Shown piece after piece: positions 24,274 to 35,258 of a stretch of 64,000 bases of DNA (its first letter is position 1; each line of letters begins with the position of its first letter). The position numbers and the translations under genes are program-made. The notes beneath the pieces were generated by a model, which had not been told where the DNA came from, did not search any database, and saw only the letters and a list, made by a program, of their open reading frames with translations. The DNA lies in assembly GCA_963775425.1 (NCBI GenBank), contig CAVZJB010000016.1, positions 896,001 through 960,000 on the forward strand, given 5' to 3'. The DNA comes from an uncultured delta proteobacterium (GTDB taxonomy: Bacteria; Myxococcota; UBA727; VGSZ01).

Positions 24274-26082
24274 TCAGTCGCGCGCGAGCGCGAGCCGCCC
24301 GATGACCGCCGCGAGCGCGCCGTTGGCGATGAGCCACGCGTGGTCGAGGAAGCCGTGGCCCGGGATGAAGCTCACGTCGACGCTGCCGAGCAGGCCGCGC
24401 ACCACGAGGAACCCGGCGACGCCGAACGCGAAGCCCGCGATGGCCGGCCGCGCCTTCTTCACGCCGAAGAAGAACGCGAGCGGCGCGAGGGCGAGCAGGA
24501 AGCTGTCGAGGAGCGGGAAGTCGAACGCCGCCGGCCCGAACAGCGCGCTCGGCCACTCGGCGATGGGCTCCGCGAGCACGGGCACGCCGAGGAACCGGAG
24601 GAAGAACAGGCCCGAAGCGCCCATGAGCATCGCGCCGGCGAAGCCGAGCGTGAGCCGGCGCGGCGACGGCAGCCCGCCGTCCTTCTTGCGCGCGGAGCGC
24701 ACGGCCAGGAGGCCGAAGAGCGCGGCGAGCGCGAGGCCGCCGAAGTCCTGGTCGCTCGTGGCCTTCTTGGCGGCCGCGGCGACGTCGAGGCCACCCGCGC
24801 CGTAGCGGATCTTGTCCTTCAGGTCGTGCGCGGACGCCTTCAGCACCTTCTCCACGCGATCGGGGTCGGTGACGCCGAGCCCGATGACGATGGCGGCGGC
24901 CGCGGCCACGTGCGGCGTGGCCATCGACGTGCCCTGGAACGGGAAGAAGCCGTGCTTGCTCGGGTCACCGCGGGCGATGGTGTCCTGCAGGACGCCGTCG
25001 GGGATGCCGTCCTTGTTGAGGTCGACGCGCGTGTCGCCGCCGGGGGCGGCGATGTCGAGCTCCTTGCCGTAGCTCGAGTAGAACGCGAGCTTCCCGTCGG
25101 GGCCGAGCGCGCTCACGGCGACGCTGCCTTCGTAGGCGGCGGGGTACTCGACCTTCTGCCGCGCGCCGTTGCCGGCGGCGCAGACCACGGTGACGCCCTT
25201 GTCGTGCGCGTACTTCACGGCGCGCGCGAGGGTGGAGCTGTACATGCCGCCGCCGAGCGACATGTTGATGACCTTGGCGCCGTGGTCGGCGGCCCAGCGG
25301 ATGCCGTTGGCGATGTCGGCGACGGAGCCGGAGCCGCCGTCGGACAGCACCTTCACGGGCATGATCTTGGCCTTGTAGGCGAGGCCGGCGACGCCGAAGC
25401 CGTTGTTGGTGGACTGGGCGATGGTGCCGGCGACGTGCGTGCCGTGGCCGTTTCCGTCCGAGGGATCGTTGGTCTTGTTGACGAAGTTCCACCCGTCGAC
25501 GATCTCGGTCTCCTTGAGGTCGGGGACGCGCTTGTACTTGGAGGCCTTGCCGTTGGCGAGCTTGCCCGGAGACACGCCGGTGTCGACGACGGCGACGATG
25601 ACGCCTTCGCCGTGACCGACGGCCCACGCGTCCTCGGCGTGGACCATGTCGAAGTGCCACTGGCTCTTGTACATCGGGTCGTTCGGCTTGCCCGGGCCAG
25701 GCTTGGCGGGCTCGAGGGCGGCGCCGCGCTCGAGGTCCTGATCGAACAGGCGGTACTCGTAGTTGGGCTCGACGCTCTCGACGTCGCTGCGCGCGGACAG
25801 GATCTCCCGGGCGCGCGCCATGTCGGCGGCGTCGCCGTGGAAGACCCACAGGTTGCCGTCGGCCACCTTGGTGGTGTCCTCGAGATCGAGCCCCGTCTGT
25901 TGCTCGATGGCCTCGATGTCGGCGTCGCTGAGGCCGTCGGCGAAGTCGACGACGAGGCCGTCGACGTCGCCGTCGTCCCCCCCGTCCTCGTCGAGGGCGC
26001 CGTCGTGGGGGCACGCGAGCGCGGCCGGGGCCGCGAGGGCAAACGGAAGCAGGGCGGCGGGGAGCGCGAACAGACGGGACAT
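24274..26082 (-). CDS. S8 subtilase with N-terminal propeptide and C-terminal multi-pass membrane region
   Basis: VAVVDTG, HGTHVAGTIA, AAGN, GTSMATPHVA; signal peptide; several hydrophobic C-terminal helices. Confidence 0.95.
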   Translation of the reverse strand: MSRLFALPAALLPFALAAPAALACPHDGALDEDGGDDGDVDGLVVDFADGLSDADIEAIEQQTGLDLEDTTKVADGNLWVFHGDAADMARAREILSARSDVESVEPNYEYRLFDQDLERGAALEPAKPGPGKPNDPMYKSQWHFDMVHAEDAWAVGHGEGVIVAVVDTGVSPGKLANGKASKYKRVPDLKETEIVDGWNFVNKTNDPSDGNGHGTHVAGTIAQSTNNGFGVAGLAYKAKIMPVKVLSDGGSGSVADIANGIRWAADHGAKVINMSLGGGMYSSTLARAVKYAHDKGVTVVCAAGNGARQKVEYPAAYEGSVAVSALGPDGKLAFYSSYGKELDIAAPGGDTRVDLNKDGIPDGVLQDTIARGDPSKHGFFPFQGTSMATPHVAAAAAIVIGLGVTDPDRVEKVLKASAHDLKDKIRYGAGGLDVAAAAKKATSDQDFGGLALAALFGLLAVRSARKKDGGLPSPRRLTLGFAGAMLMGASGLFFLRFLGVPVLAEPIAEWPSALFGPAAFDFPLLDSFLLALAPLAFFFGVKKARPAIAGFAFGVAGFLVVRGLLGSVDVSFIPGHGFLDHAWLIANGALAAVIGRLALARD

Positions 26083-26346
26083 GTCGACCTCTGGGCCTGG
26101 ATGCGTCCAAGCGTAGACACATCCTAGCGAGGGACCATTCCCGCCGCCGCCGACACCGCTTTTCTTCACACAGGTGAGACAGGCGCACACACGCCGCCAC
26201 CCTGCCCCCGCCGGCACCCGGCGGCGCCCGCTGTCGCCGTGTCGCCGTGTCGCCGTCTCGCGTCGCGCCGTGGCGCGGCGGCTCGTCGCCACCGCGCCGC
26301 TTCGGGGCGATTGAGCCCAGGGGACAGCGCTGGTACGTCGACGGCC

Positions 26347-29025
26347 ATGACGTTCGGAAAGCCTGTCGCCGGCGCGGAGCTCCGCAGCCGGTTCTTGAAG
26401 TTCTTCGGGGGCAAGGGGCACCACGTGGCCCCGTCGAGCGCGCTCGTGCCGCAGGGCGACGCCACGCTCTTGTTCACCAACGCCGGCATGGTGCAGTTCA
26501 AGGACGTCTTCACCGGCAAGGAGACGCGGCCATACACGCGGGCCACGTCTTCGCAGAAGTGCGTGCGCGCCGGCGGCAAGCACAACGATCTCGAAAACGT
26601 CGGGCGCACCGCGCGGCACCACACGTTCTTCGAGATGCTCGGGAACTTCAGCTTCGGCGACTACTTCAAGGCCGACGCCATCGACTTCGCGTGGACGTTC
26701 CTCACCAAAGACCTCGGGATGCCCGTGGACCGCCTGTCGGTCACGGTGTTCGAGGGCGACAAGCAGACGCCGCCCGACGAAGAGGCCGAAGCGCTCTGGA
26801 AGAAGATCGGCGTCGCCCCGTCGAAGATCACGAGGCACGGCGCCAAGGACAACTTCTGGCAGATGGGCGACACCGGTCCCTGCGGGCCATGCACCGAGAT
26901 CCACTTCGACCGCGGCGAGGTGAAGGGCGCCTTCGGCGGCGACGACCCCGAGGGCGACCGCGTCGTCGAGGTGTGGAACCTCGTGTTCATGCAGTTCGAC
27001 CGCGCCGCCGACGGCTCGCTGTCGCCCCTGCCCCGCCCGAGCGTCGACACCGGCATGGGCCTCGAGCGCCTCGCCCTGGTGATGAACGGCGTGGCCTCCA
27101 ACTACGACACGGATCTCCTGCGACCGCTCGTCGCCTTCTGCGAGGAGCGCTCCGGCAAGAAGTACGGCTCCACGGACTCCCCCGACGACGTCGCCATGCG
27201 CGTCATCGCGGACCACGCGCGGGCCACCGCGTTCCTCGTCGCCGACGGCGTCCTGCCCGAGAACATCGGGCGCGGCTACGTGCTGCGCTCCATCATGCGC
27301 CGCGCCATCCGCTTCGGCGAGCACCTCGGCCTCAAGGACGTGTTCTTCCACGAGGCCGCCGGCAGCGTCGTCGACATGATGGGTGAGCACTACGGCGAGC
27401 TCGTGCGCGCCCGCTCCCTGATCGAGAAGGTCGCCTCGTCCGAGGAAGACGCGTTCCGGCGCACCCTCAAAAAGGGGCTCGAGCTCTACGCCGCCGCCAC
27501 GCAGACGCTGAAGAAGGGCGCCGTCATCCCCGGTGACGTCGTGTTCGACCTCAAGGCCACCCACGGGTTCCCGCAGGACATGACCGCGCAGATGGCGCGC
27601 GAGACGGGCCTCGACGTCGATTGGGCGGGGTTCGAGAGGGCCGAGGAGAAGCACGCCGAGGTGAGCGCCGTCGACGACGCGTTCAAGGCCGCCGGCGGGG
27701 CGGACGTCTTCAAGATCCTCCGAAACGAGCTCGGCGCCACGCAGTTCGTCGGCTACGACCGGCAGAAGCTCGACGACGCCAAGGTCGTCGCCGTCGTCAT
27801 GAACGGCAAGCGCGCGGACGCGCTGAAGGAGGGCGAGCAGGGCTTCGTGCTCCTCGACCGAACGCCGTTCTACGGCGAGAGCGGCGGCCAGGTCGGCGAT
27901 GCCGGCACGCTGACGTCGGCGAACGGGGCCGTGCAGGCCTCGGTGGACGACACCAAGAAGCAGGCCGAGCTCCACCTGCACGCCACCCACGTCGAGACGG
28001 GCACGCTCAAGGTGGGCGACGTCGTCAGCGCCGTCGTCAACACCGACATCCTCGAGCGCACGCGCAAGAACCACTCGGCCACGCACCTGCTGCACTACGC
28101 GCTCAGGACCGTGCTCGGGGATCACGTCACGCAGAAGGGCTCGCTCGTGGCGCCGGAGCGGCTGCGCTTCGACTTCTCGCACTTCGAGCCGCTCACCGCG
28201 CCGCAGCTCCAGCAGGTCGAGGACATCGTCAACGACCTCGTGCTGCAAAACGTCGAGGCCGGCGAGGAGGTGCTGCCCTTCGACGAGGCCAAGAAGCGCG
28301 GCGCCATGGCGCTGTTCGGCGAGAAGTACGGCGACACGGTGCGCGTGATGACCTTCGGCCCGTCCGTCGAGCTGTGCGGCGGCATCCACGTCCACCGCAC
28401 CGGCGACATCGGCCTGTTCCGCATCACCAGCGAGGGCCCGCTCGCCGCGGGCGTTCGCCGCATCGAGGCCGTCACCGGCAAGGGCGCGCTCGAGCACGTC
28501 CGGCGACAGGCCTCGTTGCTCCAGGAGGCCGCGCGCGCGCTCAAGTCGTCGGTCGACGAGGTCCCCACGCGCGTCGAGCGCCTGCAGGAGTCCCTCAAGA
28601 GCGCCGAGCGCGAGCTGCAGAAGGTGCGCGACAAGGCCCAGGCGGCGGCCGCCGGCGACGCCGCGGGCGGCGCCGTCGACGTCGGCGGCATCAAGCTGCT
28701 CTCGCAGCGGGTCACCGACGTGGATCCCAAGAACCTGCGCGACTACGCCGACAAGCTGCGCGCGCAGCTCAAAAGCGGCGTCGTCGTCCTCGGGGCGCCG
28801 GTCTCCGACGCCGAGGTCAAGGTGCTCGTCGCCCTCACCCCGGACCTCGTCGGGCGCCTCAACGCGGGCGCCATGCTCAAGGAGCTCATCGCCGTCGTCG
28901 GCGGCCGCGGCGGGGGCAAGGCGGACTTCGCGCAGGGGGGCGGATCGAACCCCGCCAAGCTCGACGACGCGCTGGCGCTCGCCCACGCCCTGGTCAAGAA
29001 GGCGGCGCCGGCGGCGACGGGGTAG
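26347..29025 (+). CDS. alaS: Alanine--tRNA ligase
   Basis: LFTNAGMVQFK, RHHTFFEMLGNFSFGDYFK, DTGMGLERL, NHSATHLLH, ELCGGIH, GGRGGGKADFAQGGG. Confidence 0.99.
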   Translation: MTFGKPVAGAELRSRFLKFFGGKGHHVAPSSALVPQGDATLLFTNAGMVQFKDVFTGKETRPYTRATSSQKCVRAGGKHNDLENVGRTARHHTFFEMLGNFSFGDYFKADAIDFAWTFLTKDLGMPVDRLSVTVFEGDKQTPPDEEAEALWKKIGVAPSKITRHGAKDNFWQMGDTGPCGPCTEIHFDRGEVKGAFGGDDPEGDRVVEVWNLVFMQFDRAADGSLSPLPRPSVDTGMGLERLALVMNGVASNYDTDLLRPLVAFCEERSGKKYGSTDSPDDVAMRVIADHARATAFLVADGVLPENIGRGYVLRSIMRRAIRFGEHLGLKDVFFHEAAGSVVDMMGEHYGELVRARSLIEKVASSEEDAFRRTLKKGLELYAAATQTLKKGAVIPGDVVFDLKATHGFPQDMTAQMARETGLDVDWAGFERAEEKHAEVSAVDDAFKAAGGADVFKILRNELGATQFVGYDRQKLDDAKVVAVVMNGKRADALKEGEQGFVLLDRTPFYGESGGQVGDAGTLTSANGAVQASVDDTKKQAELHLHATHVETGTLKVGDVVSAVVNTDILERTRKNHSATHLLHYALRTVLGDHVTQKGSLVAPERLRFDFSHFEPLTAPQLQQVEDIVNDLVLQNVEAGEEVLPFDEAKKRGAMALFGEKYGDTVRVMTFGPSVELCGGIHVHRTGDIGLFRITSEGPLAAGVRRIEAVTGKGALEHVRRQASLLQEAARALKSSVDEVPTRVERLQESLKSAERELQKVRDKAQAAAAGDAAGGAVDVGGIKLLSQRVTDVDPKNLRDYADKLRAQLKSGVVVLGAPVSDAEVKVLVALTPDLVGRLNAGAMLKELIAVVGGRGGGKADFAQGGGSNPAKLDDALALAHALVKKAAPAATG

Positions 29026-29160
29026 GACGGCGTCGCATCCGGCGGCGAGCGGACGGCGCTGTCCGGCAGGTGACACGGCGTGGCCGGCGGTGCGAGGGTC
29101 GTACCTCGGCGACGACAAGGTGGGTCGGCGGGCCCGCCGGGACGAGAGGGCGAGGGATCA

Positions 29161-31446
29161 GTGGCGGGCGCGTTCACCATCGCCACCCGTTTGGAGTTCG
29201 TCACCCTCGACGAGCTCGAGGCGGGCTTTGCCGATCGCATCGGCGGCGGCGCGCTCTTTCTCTCGCGCGGCCTCCTGGGCGCCGCCGATGAGCTCTACGT
29301 CGGCGCCTCCGTCCACGTCGAGATAGAGACCGCCCGCGGCGAGCGCGCCCTCACTGTGGACGGCGTCGTCGCCTGGGCGTACCCGGCGCACCCGCGGACG
29401 CCGCCGGGGCGGGAGGCGGGCGCCGGCATCGTCATCGATCGCCACGGCGACGACGAGAGCCGGCGGCGGCTCGAGCGCATGCTGCGCCGGCCGGGCGCCG
29501 GCGGCAGGGTGCGTCCGCCCGGCACGCGCCTGAAGCTCCCCGCCATGGCGCTGCGCGCGCCCACCCCCGCGCCGCGGACGCAGGTCGCGCGGCCGGTCAC
29601 CATCCCGCCGTCGCCGCCCGTCACCACGGACCCGGGGGCCACCGATCCCGCCGCGATCGTCCCGGCGCGCCCGGAGCCGCCTGATGTCGAGCCCGTGAGC
29701 GAGATCCGGGCCGCGCCGCCGCTGCCGGCGACGCTGCTCGAGCCGGGCGGGTTGCCGCCCGCGCCGCAGCCGCGCGTCATGGCGATGCGGATGTTCAACA
29801 TCGAGACCACGCCGCTGCCGGCGCCGGCGCCGCCGCCGCCCCAGGAGGCCGAGCCCCTGCCCTCGGCCCTCGAGGCGCCCGCGCTCTCGGACCTCCCGCC
29901 AGAGCTTCCCCCGGATCTCGCGTCGGACCTCAGGTCGGAGCTGACGTCGGAGCTCACGTCGGACCTCAGGTCGGACCTCAGGTCGGAGCTCGCGTCCGAG
30001 CTCGCGTCGGCGGCGGACGCAGGGCCTGAAGACGCGGGGCCTGAAGAGGCCGCGCCCTCCCGGGTGTCCACCGAGCTCCCCGAGCTCGCCGACGGGCGCC
30101 CCGACGGGCTCCCGGGGGAGCCTGAGGACGAGCTCCCGGCGGCGCACCCCGGCGCGCTCTCGGGCGCGATGCCCTTCGCCGGGCTCCTCGGGCTCGCCCC
30201 GCCGGCCGCCGCCGTGCCCGTCGTGCGCCCGGCCGTCGTCGACCCGCCGCCGCCCGTCGCCGGCCCTGGCGCCGACGACACCCGTGCCGGAGACGGCCCG
30301 CTCGACGCCCCCACCATGGACGGCGGGCCGCAGCTGTCGTCGCTCGACGGGCTGCCCGACGCCGGGGCGATGCCCGGGCCCCACGCACCCGGGGCCTTCG
30401 AGCAGCGGTCCACGGACGTGGACCTCTTGCAGTCCCTCGACGACGCCGACTTCTTCCCGGCCGAGCTCGAGGAGCAACGGGCCCGCCTCGCCCGCGCGTT
30501 GCCGCCGCCGCCGGAGCCGGTGGACAACCCCGCGCTCTCCGAGGAGACGGTGACGTCGTGGAGCCAGCTCGACGACCTCCCGTCCGCCGACGCCGACGTC
30601 GAGCTCATCGGCGACGACGACCCCGCGCCGCCCGTGCTCTCCCGCCCCGAGGGCGTCGACGAGGACACCGCTGTCCACGACACCACCGACGGGGCCAGCC
30701 TGCCGAGCCTCGACCCCCTCGACCTCCGCACCGCCGAGCACGCCGTCGTCGCCCTCAACGACCCGAGCACCGGCGTCGGCGTCGTCGACCACACCACGGC
30801 CGAGTCGGACGGCGTCGAGGGGTTCACCTCCCGCTCGTCGCCGCCGGAGGAGGCGCCGGCGCCGCGGGCGTTGCCCTCGCTCGAGCCGTATGCCCCCGCG
30901 GGCGAGCCCGCCGCCGGCAACATCGGCACCGCGTTCCTCTTCTCCTTCAAGCGCGGGGACGATCCCATCAACGCGGTGGAGGCCTTCGCGTGGCCCAAGC
31001 AGGGCACCAAGCGCTGGAGCGCCATCGACGTCGCCCGCGAGGACGGCAACGAGGCCGCGCTCGACGCCGCCATCGCGTCGAGCCCGTGGCTCGCGCGCGA
31101 CGCCTCCGCGGGATCCTTCGGCTCCTCTCACACGGACCCGGGCGTGCGCGTGCAGGACGTCGTCACCAAGGCGGTCGCCCTGGCCGCGGAGGAGGACGAC
31201 GGCGCCGTGTTCTCCGACACGCCGGTGCGCCCGGCCATGCAGGCGCCGCCGCTCGAGGATGACACGTCGGGGGAGACCACCGTCGACGAGACCTTCGCCG
31301 GCCGCGAGGACCCGCCGCGCGTCATCGACGACGAGGCCGAGACCGACCGCGACATGAAGCGTCCGCCCTCGAAGGCGTCGCCGGAGGCGCGGGCGCGCCT
31401 GAGCGTCCTGCAACGCTTCCTCGGCGGAAACGGCCGCCGCTCGTAG
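29161..31446 (+). CDS. TIGR02266/PilZ-like N-terminal domain plus long acidic Pro-rich disordered region
   Basis: RLEFVTLDELEAGFADRIGGGALFL...GVVAW...GAGIVI resembles the myxobacterial PilZ-like domain; GTG at 29161. Confidence 0.7.
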   Translation: MAGAFTIATRLEFVTLDELEAGFADRIGGGALFLSRGLLGAADELYVGASVHVEIETARGERALTVDGVVAWAYPAHPRTPPGREAGAGIVIDRHGDDESRRRLERMLRRPGAGGRVRPPGTRLKLPAMALRAPTPAPRTQVARPVTIPPSPPVTTDPGATDPAAIVPARPEPPDVEPVSEIRAAPPLPATLLEPGGLPPAPQPRVMAMRMFNIETTPLPAPAPPPPQEAEPLPSALEAPALSDLPPELPPDLASDLRSELTSELTSDLRSDLRSELASELASAADAGPEDAGPEEAAPSRVSTELPELADGRPDGLPGEPEDELPAAHPGALSGAMPFAGLLGLAPPAAAVPVVRPAVVDPPPPVAGPGADDTRAGDGPLDAPTMDGGPQLSSLDGLPDAGAMPGPHAPGAFEQRSTDVDLLQSLDDADFFPAELEEQRARLARALPPPPEPVDNPALSEETVTSWSQLDDLPSADADVELIGDDDPAPPVLSRPEGVDEDTAVHDTTDGASLPSLDPLDLRTAEHAVVALNDPSTGVGVVDHTTAESDGVEGFTSRSSPPEEAPAPRALPSLEPYAPAGEPAAGNIGTAFLFSFKRGDDPINAVEAFAWPKQGTKRWSAIDVAREDGNEAALDAAIASSPWLARDASAGSFGSSHTDPGVRVQDVVTKAVALAAEEDDGAVFSDTPVRPAMQAPPLEDDTSGETTVDETFAGREDPPRVIDDEAETDRDMKRPPSKASPEARARLSVLQRFLGGNGRRS
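29922..30010 (+). repeat. 12-bp coding tandem repeat (SDLR/SELT/SELA)
   Basis: About 7 units of gtcgga(c/g)ct(c/g)(ag/ac/gc); translates as SDLRSELTSELTSDLRSDLRSELASELAS. Confidence 0.8.
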
Positions 31447-31482
31447 GCGCCGGCGGCTCGGTGCCCGCCCTGCGGCTCGACG

Positions 31483-33634
31483 TCAGCCCTCGACCTGCAC
31501 CTTGGTGAAGTCCGCGACGTCGACGAACACGCGCTCGATGCGCGCGAGCAGGCCCAGGCGGGCGTCCCGCAGGGCGACGTCGTCGGTCATGACCATGACG
31601 TCGTCGAAGAACCGATCGACGCGCGGCTTCAAGCTGGCCGCCTCGGCGAGCATGGCGCGCCGCACCTCGAGGTTCAGCTCCCGGCTCTCCCACGGCGCTG
31701 CTCCACCCCTGACCCGGGCGACCTCGCGCGAGAGCTCGAATCTCAGCGGGCTCCGTGAGCGCGCCGTCGACCGTGGCCTGCCCGTCGACGGAGATGCCCT
31801 CGTTGCGCGCCTGCTTGAGGATGTTCCCCACGCGCTTGAAGGTCTTGCACAGCGACGTGAAAGCGTCGGGATCGCGGGCGCGCAGCTCGGCCAACGCGAT
31901 GGCGTTCTCCTCGACGTCGGGCAGGACCTCCACGCCCGCGCGCGACGCCATGGCGGCGTCGACGATGTCGGCGGCGCCGGCGAGCCCGCGCGCCTCGCAG
32001 CGCTCGATGAGCACACCGCGCACGCGCCCGCGCACGAATTCCGCGGCCTGGCGAATGACGGTGACGTCGTCCGCCTTGGGCAGCTTGCCCTGCATGCGGT
32101 ACGCGGTCATCGCCGCCATCGCCAACTCGGGCAGCGGCACCCGCCACGCACGATCCATGAGCACGTGCGACACCGCGATGGCCGCGCGCCGCAACGCGAA
32201 CGGGTCGGCGTTGCCCGTGGGCGCCCGGCCGATGCCGAGGATGCCGACCAGCGTGTCGACGCGGTCGGCGATGCCGACGAGCGCGCCCTCCACCGTGCTC
32301 GGCAGCGCCGCCCCCGCGTGCCGGGGCGCGTAGTGCTCGTCGATGCCGCGGGCGACGTCGCGGTCCTCGCCGTCGCGCAGCGCGTAGGTGCGGCCCATGA
32401 CGCCCTGCAGCTCGGGGAACTCGTTGACGACGCCGCTCGTGAGGTCGGCCTTGCACAACATCGCGGTGCGCCAGGGCGCCTTGGGATCCACGCCGATCCG
32501 CTCGCAGATCTTGGCGGTGATCATCGCGATGCGGTCGGTCTTTTCGCGCAGCGTGCCGAGGTCGCGGTGGAAGACGACGTTCTTTTCGTCGTCGACGCGC
32601 GACGCGAGCGTCCGCTCCAGATCGGTCTTGAAGTAGAAGGCGCCGTCCTCGAAGCGCGCGCGCAAGACGCGGGCGTTGCCGGCGGCGAGCGCGGCCTTGT
32701 CGAGGCTGTCGCTCCCGGCGACGACGACGAAGGCAGGCAGCAGCTTGCCCTCACCGTCGACGACGGCGAAGTACTTCTGATGCTCACGCATCTCGGACAC
32801 GAGCAGCTCGGCGGGCATCTCGAGGAACGCCGCGTCGAAGCGGCCGAGCACGGGGAACGGCTTCTCCACGAGGTTCTTCACGATCTCGAGGAGCTCGTCG
32901 TCGCGCCGGAGCGCGCCGCCGGCGTGGCGGGCCAGCGCCTCGGCGCCCTCGACGATCATCTGCCGGCGCTCGTCGCGCGACAGCACCACCTGTCCGCGCT
33001 CGAGCGCGCGCCGGTATTCGCTCACGCTGCGCACCACCACCGCGGCGGGCGCGTGATACCGATGACCGCGCGTGGTGTCGCCGCTGACGACGTCGGCGAA
33101 GCGCACGGTGAGCGGCTTTTGGCCGTAGAGCGCGAGCAGCCACTGCACCGGGCGCGCGAAGACCTGCTTGTGCGTGGCGCGGGCGTCGCCCCACGACATG
33201 GTCTTCTTGAAGGGGATCTTGCCGATGAGCCCCTCGAGGAGCGCGGGCAGCACGTCCTCGGCGGGCGCGCCCCGCTCGCGCTTCTTGGCGCCGACGACGA
33301 CGCCCTTCTTGGACTCCTTGCGGAACACGTCCTCGCGCCGCAGGTTGTTCTTTCGGAGGAAGCCCTCACCCGCCTGCGTCGGCCGGTCCTCGCCGTCGAA
33401 GGCGATGTGCCACGCGGGTCCGGTGATCTCCTCCTCGAGGTCCGCCTGCATCTGCGCGACGTCGCCGACGATGACGCACAACCGGCGCGGCGTCCCCTCC
33501 GCGACGACGTTGCCGTGTGGCAGGCGAGCCGCCGTGAGCGCCTCGTCGACGGCGGCGCCGAAGAAAGCCAGCGCCGGATCGATGAAGCCCGCGGGGAGCT
33601 CCTCCGTGCCGATCTCGAAGAGCAGCTCAGGCAT
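31483..33634 (-). CDS. glyS: Glycine--tRNA ligase beta subunit (apparent +1 frameshift at ~31740)
   Basis: [50 protein letters not shown]; C-terminal RFFDDVMVM...RLGLL lies in the next frame. Confidence 0.95.
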
Positions 33635-34838
33635 GCCCCACCTCCTTCGACGTGAGCGCCACCTCGCCCGACAGCGCCCCGGGGAGCGGGATGGCCTCGG
33701 CGGGCAACAGCGGCGCGAACAACGCGCGGTCCTCGGGCGAGAGCATCGGGAACCCGCGCTGCGCGCGGCTCGCCAGATATCCCTCGGCGCAGCCGCGCGC
33801 GAGGGTGCGGATGCGGCCGATGTACGCGGCGCGCTCCGTTTGGCTGACGACGCCACGCGCCTGGAGCACGTTGAACGTGTGCGAGCACTTGAGCACGTGC
33901 TCGTACGCGGGGAGCACGAGGCCTGCCTCGAGCAGCCGCTGCGCCTCCCCCTCGAATTGGCCGAACTGCTCGAGCAGCACGGCGACGTCGGCCTGCTTGA
34001 AGTTGTAGTGGGACCACTCCCACTCGTCCTGCTTGTGCACGTCGCCGTACGTGATCTTCTGGCCGCTCGGGAGCACGGCCCACACGAGGTCGTACATGTT
34101 CTCGACGTCCTGGAGGTACATCGCCAGCCGCTCGAGGCCGTACGTCAGCTCGCAAGAGACGCGCGGCAGCTCGATGCCGCCGCACTGCTGGAAGTACGTG
34201 AACTGCGTGACCTCCATGCCCTGCGCCCAGACCTCCCAGCCGAGGCCGGCGGCGCCGAGCGCCGGGTGCTCCCAGTCGTCCTCGACGAAGCGCACGTCGA
34301 ACGTGGCCGGGTCGATGCCGAGCGCGCGCAGCGAGTCGAGGTACTGCTCCTGCACGTCCTTGGGCGACGGCTTCAGGATGACCTGGAACTGGTAGTAGTG
34401 CTGGCTGCGGTTGGGGTTGTCGCCGTAGCGGCCGTCGGTGGGCCGGCGCGAGGGCTCGACGTACGCGACGTTCCACGGCTCGGGCCCGAGCACCCGCAGG
34501 AACGTGTGCTTGTTGAGCGTGCCCGCGCCCACCTCGACGGAGCTCGGCTGCACCACCAGGCATCCCCGGTCGGCCCAGAACCGCTGCAGGCGCAGGATGA
34601 CCTCCTGGAACGTGGACGCCTTCGGCCACGCCCTCGACGTCGACACGGTCATCACCGGCGGCAGCCCGTCGCCTATCCGCATCGTCCCGGCGCGCTTCTT
34701 CTTCGCCGGCGCCTTCCTCGCGGCCTTCTTCTTCGCGGGCTTCTTCTTCGCGGGCGCCTTCTTCGCGGGCGCCTTCTTCGCGGGCGCCTTCTTCGCGGGC
34801 GCCTTCTTCGCGGGCTTCTTCTTCGATCGCTTCGGCAC
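33627..34838 (-). CDS. glyQ: Glycine--tRNA ligase alpha subunit with histone-like N-terminal extension
   Basis: [62 protein letters not shown]; its stop overlaps the glyS start. Confidence 0.97.
   Translation of the reverse strand: MPKRSKKKPAKKAPAKKAPAKKAPAKKAPAKKKPAKKKAARKAPAKKKRAGTMRIGDGLPPVMTVSTSRAWPKASTFQEVILRLQRFWADRGCLVVQPSSVEVGAGTLNKHTFLRVLGPEPWNVAYVEPSRRPTDGRYGDNPNRSQHYYQFQVILKPSPKDVQEQYLDSLRALGIDPATFDVRFVEDDWEHPALGAAGLGWEVWAQGMEVTQFTYFQQCGGIELPRVSCELTYGLERLAMYLQDVENMYDLVWAVLPSGQKITYGDVHKQDEWEWSHYNFKQADVAVLLEQFGQFEGEAQRLLEAGLVLPAYEHVLKCSHTFNVLQARGVVSQTERAAYIGRIRTLARGCAEGYLASRAQRGFPMLSPEDRALFAPLLPAEAIPLPGALSGEVALTSKEVGHA
34696..34823 (-). repeat. 15-bp tandem repeat encoding PAKKA-type Lys-rich pentapeptides
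   Basis: cttcttcgcgggcgc units on the + strand; translates as [43 protein letters not shown]. Confidence 0.92.
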
Positions 34839-34841
34839 CGG

Positions 34842-35228
34842 TTACCTCTTGGCGGCGATGACTTCGACCTCGACCTTCACGTCGCGCGGCAGGCGGGCGG
34901 CCTGCACCGTCGAGCGCGCCGGCGGATCGGAGGTGAAGCGCTTTCCGTAGATCTCGTTCACCTTCTGGAAGTCGCCCATGTCCGCCAGGAAGATCGTGGT
35001 CTTGACGATGTCGGCGAAGCTGCAGCCGGCGGCGGCGAGCACCGCCTCGACGTTGTCGAGCACGCGCGCGGTCTGCGCCTCGACGCCGCCCTCGACGATG
35101 GCGCCGCTTTGGGGGTCGAGCGCGATCTGCCCGGAGCAGAACACGAGCTCCCGGGGGGCGACCGCGATGGCCTGGGAGTAGGGGCCGATGGCCTTCGGTG
35201 CCTTGTCCGTCGAGATGACGCGCTTCAT
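34842..35228 (-). CDS. ridA: RidA (YjgF/YER057c/UK114) reactive intermediate deaminase
   Basis: APKAIGPYSQA, SGQIALDP, VKTTIFL, PPARSTVQAARLP, VEVEVIA. Confidence 0.95.
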   Translation of the reverse strand: MKRVISTDKAPKAIGPYSQAIAVAPRELVFCSGQIALDPQSGAIVEGGVEAQTARVLDNVEAVLAAAGCSFADIVKTTIFLADMGDFQKVNEIYGKRFTSDPPARSTVQAARLPRDVKVEVEVIAAKR

Positions 35229-35230
35229 CA

Positions 35231-35258
35231 AAGAGCCCTCCGGTGAAGGAGGGCTCTT
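35231..35258 (-). promoter_or_regulatory. Hairpin sequestering the ridA Shine-Dalgarno sequence
   Basis: Minus strand AAGAGCCCTCC-TTCACC-GGAGGGCTCTT-TG-ATG: a perfect 11-bp stem whose 3' arm holds GGAGG, 8 nt before the ATG. Confidence 0.65.

Noticed and set aside
26232-26255. (TGTCGCCG)3 upstream of alaS
   Set aside because: Short GC-rich microrepeat with no supporting structure.
29022-29043. REP-like GTAGGACGGCGTCGCATCCGGC after alaS
   Set aside because: Weak palindrome, and it does not match the REP family seen at 35472 and 54565.
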